Source of the DNA: Amoebophrya sp. A120 | Taxonomy: Eukaryota; Protista; Dinoflagellata | DNA length: 64,000 nucleotides | Direction of reading: 5' to 3' | Assembly: GCA_905178155.1 (NCBI GenBank) | Contig: CAJINV010000004.1 | Location: 7,471,768 to 7,535,767 of the forward strand | Shown here: positions 61,269 through 64,000 of the stretch, piece by piece | Layout: each line of letters begins with the position of its first letter | Numbering within the stretch: the first letter of the stretch is position 1 | Position numbers and translations under genes: made by a program | Notes under the pieces: model-generated | Databases searched by the model: none | Seen by the model: only the letters and a program-made list of their open reading frames with translations | What the model was told of the DNA's origin: nothing

Positions 61269-63126
61269 TCAGTTGTGTCCGAACGGCTTCAGCCCGGCAC
61301 TAAACTCGACGAACCCGAGCTTCCTGGCACCGCGGGCGTACCTCGTCCAGAGCAACTCCATGTCGGTGGCTCGAATGGCCTTCTCGGACAGGACGGCGCG
61401 TTTCAAATCTTGCATGTTCATATACCCCTTGTCCTGGGAGATCAGCAGGAACGCGTCCAGCAGGAGCGACGACAGGGATTCACCGGAGAACGCGAGCTGC
61501 ATCCTAAGCAAAAACGTCCTCCCCCCAGAGTCAAGTTGGGAATCTAGCAACACAACCCTCCAAGTTGTGGGGGCTGTGCATGACAAGTTCTTTGTTCCCT
61601 CTGCAGTGTAGTGCTGGTTGGCAAGGGAAGCCGCAGGAGAAAGCTATTTTCTTTTTCTACTCCTGTTTACTACAGCAATACAAATTCCAAAGCACGATTG
61701 AAAACGCCTCTCATGGAGCTGCGCATTACAAATCGATTCCTCTCATTGCACATTTGCATGACAACTCTGGGAAGATGGGGACGTTTTTACTCAGAATATG
61801 CTGCTTCTTCAACTCTTCCTGTTCCAACGCGCAGTCGACGCTGAGCTTCAAAAAGTTCCGCAGCTTGTGCCGTTGGGTCATGGTCAGGCGGAATTGGTGG
61901 TCGCGGTCGTCTCCGATCAAGTTGCACCGGAAAGCCGTGCGGCAAGACGGACAGGTCACCTGATAAAGTGATATATTGGATAATTTTCTTGTACACAATT
62001 GTAGTCCTCCTTGATCGCACCAAAGCGAATTCACTCAAAATTATTTGCATCTGATATTCACCTGCATCTGCAGGATGTACTTGAGAATATTTTCGGTTTT
62101 TGAATGAAGCTCCACTCAATCTCAATCGACGTTCCTTGCTTATTTTCAACACACCCTCCTAACGTACATACAACGAATCATAGTACCTGCGGACAGCCTT
62201 CTTGCGTTCTCTGCGTCCTCAAACCGCATCCCGGACACGAGATCGTGGAGCGCACCACCCACAGGATGTTCTTGGTTTCCTCGTCGGTCATGTCCGAATG
62301 CACGTTCTGCCACTCCTCCGCCTGCCGGGGGAACAGGAATTGCGTCAACTCCGCCAACGACAGCTGCCCAAAGATTTTCTCTTTTGCGGCCGCCGCGTTC
62401 GTCGTGCCCTTCAGGTCGCGAAACAGCGCGCACACACCCGCGAACGTGACCCCGCCCTGGAATTCCGAACCGTGCATCACGGTCCAGATGTCCGTGTCCG
62501 CGATGTGCTTCTTGTTGCAGCGGTCGAGCATCTGGAAGGCGGCCTCGATGTTGATCCCGTCCTGCCACAGCTTCTCCTTCTCCTGCTCCAGGTAGTTGTC
62601 CAGGTCGATTTGCTGGAACATCACGTCCAACACGAGGGAGAGGCTTTCCATCTGCCGTTTCCGCTTCAAATCCGCGTATCCGGAGTAAAAACGTCCCCAA
62701 GATGGAAAATCTGCTAGACAAAACGGCCAACTTTGGTTGTTTCGCATGACAAGTTTGTCCTGGTAGTGTGATCCTGAGTAACTAAAAATTCAGCAGCATC
62801 ACAGCTCTAGCATATCATGCTCTTTCCAGCATCACAAATCCCAAAACACAACTAGAAAAACAAAAAGCTTCTCCTGGGGCTTTGCATGAGATACTTTTTT
62901 GGCATGCAAATTCGCCTGACAGACAACTCTGGGGTGGAGATGCTTTAACTCGGAATACCGCGGTGTAGGTGTTCATGCCGTTGTTCAGCTTGGAACTAGT
63001 GTTGTCCTTCTCTATGGCACCGTAGTAGTCGTCCTCGTCCAACGTGGTCGAGTTGTTCATGTGGCGCACGGTGCTCGAGAATTTTGGGCCACAATTTGAC
63101 ACCTTGCGACTCGCGGGCGAGGCCAT
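61269..63126 (-). CDS. EF-hand-like protein with a Cys-rich zinc-binding (IBR-like) segment; 2 introners + GT-AG intron 61960-62186
   Basis: AAFQMLDRCNKKHIADTDI, LISQDKGYMNMQDL; CPGC..RTQEGCPQVTCPSC..F.C. Confidence 0.7.
61500..61798. mobile_element. Introner, family D (diverged)
   Basis: TIR; DR AGCTG/TGCTG. Confidence 0.88.
62677..62957. mobile_element. Introner, family D-like
   Basis: TIR TATCCGGAGTAAAAACGTCCCC; DR CCGCG. Confidence 0.85.
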
Positions 63127-63308
63127 GGCAGAGGACAGAACGCGGGTGTAGGTGCTGTGTTTCAGTTGTGTTTTGATTTATTCAGTCTATTTATTCCATG
63201 GCAGAGGTAGATGATGTTGATGCTCTAAAAATAAATATATTTATTTCCTACATGCTGAAGAAACACATAATATACAGACACGACATTCATGAGGTGGAAA
63301 AGTAAGAC

Positions 63309-64000
63309 TCATGATTTCATCGCGTGCAAAAATTCATATTGGCAAACAAAATCCACTACTTCTACTATTCTGTCGTGCAAAAAAATCAAGTACGATGCAA
63401 TGGGCGACATATCCTGGTCCGAGTCCGCCGGCGCCATCGTACTATGCATTGCAAATATGTCTGGGTCTGGAAGAAAGCAAGTTTGTCATGCTTGGCTCAC
63501 ATGAATCTTAAATCTGTAATGCCAGAGCAGGAAAAAAGGCTCTTCCCTATCGTGCAAATATGCAGTTTGTCATGCGGAATGCGAAACACACGGGAGCTCA
63601 ATAACTTGTCATGCGTGGCTGCATATTGATATGCGCCCACCATTCACAAACTGACATCACAAGTTTCCAGACGCAAACATTTTTGCATTTGATACGTGCT
63701 GCCCATGGACATGTTCAACAGAACTTGGTCGCTGTTGGCCTTCGTGGTGGTGGCGGCCTTCATCATCTTCGGCGACACGACAGCAGTACTACTTGTTGAT
63801 CCAGTGGTCCTAGCCGCCGGCGAGAACGATCGCGGTGACATGATGCTGGCCGTGTAGGAGACCTGCTTTTCCCGGTAGTTGGCCAACGAGTCCTGCTGCT
63901 TCTTGGTCCGGCCGCGTGGGGAGGACAAACTCGTGTTGCGGTTCAGGGTCGTGTAGTCCAGCTTCGTCGATTTGCCCCGCATGTCGGTGGAGGCCAGGCT
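63309..64000 (-). CDS. 3' part of a hypothetical gene running off the window
   Basis: Open frame 64000-63695 continues after the introner; stop position uncertain. Confidence 0.5.
63443..63694. mobile_element. Introner, family B
   Basis: TIR; DR CGTAC/CGTGC. Confidence 0.88.

Noticed and set aside
459-63694. Recurrent GTCTGGGTCTGGAAG / TGCAAAAGTATCG repeats as a CRISPR array
   Set aside because: They are inverted pairs bounding 140-320 nt elements at irregular spacing; no cas genes; eukaryotic context

Overview
Eukaryotic genomic DNA, most likely a syndinian dinoflagellate such as Amoebophrya (inferred from the architecture). All credible genes are on the minus strand. The main signal is about 53 short non-canonical introns/introners of roughly 8 families, typically 140-320 nt. 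Most have TAT...ATA termini, family-specific terminal inverted repeats (TIRs), a 5-nt flanking direct repeat (DR) and several copies of a shared internal motif, GCAT(G/T/C)ACA(A/G). At the junctions I translated by hand, removing the element plus one 5-nt DR restored the reading frame and joined the ORF fragments into long genes. These genes are an isochorismatase-kinase-HAD-UPRTase fusion (duplicated), a helical-repeat HPR/RAP-like protein, a MORN protein, an RWD + RapZ-C-like protein, a TylF-like methyltransferase, EF-hand proteins and hypotheticals. There is also an intronless PAN/Apple membrane protein. Local paralogs give filled versus empty sites, showing the DR is a target-site duplication. 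The same family occurs in both orientations relative to transcription. No transposase was recognised. Family letters A-I are my own labels, and no expression data were available.
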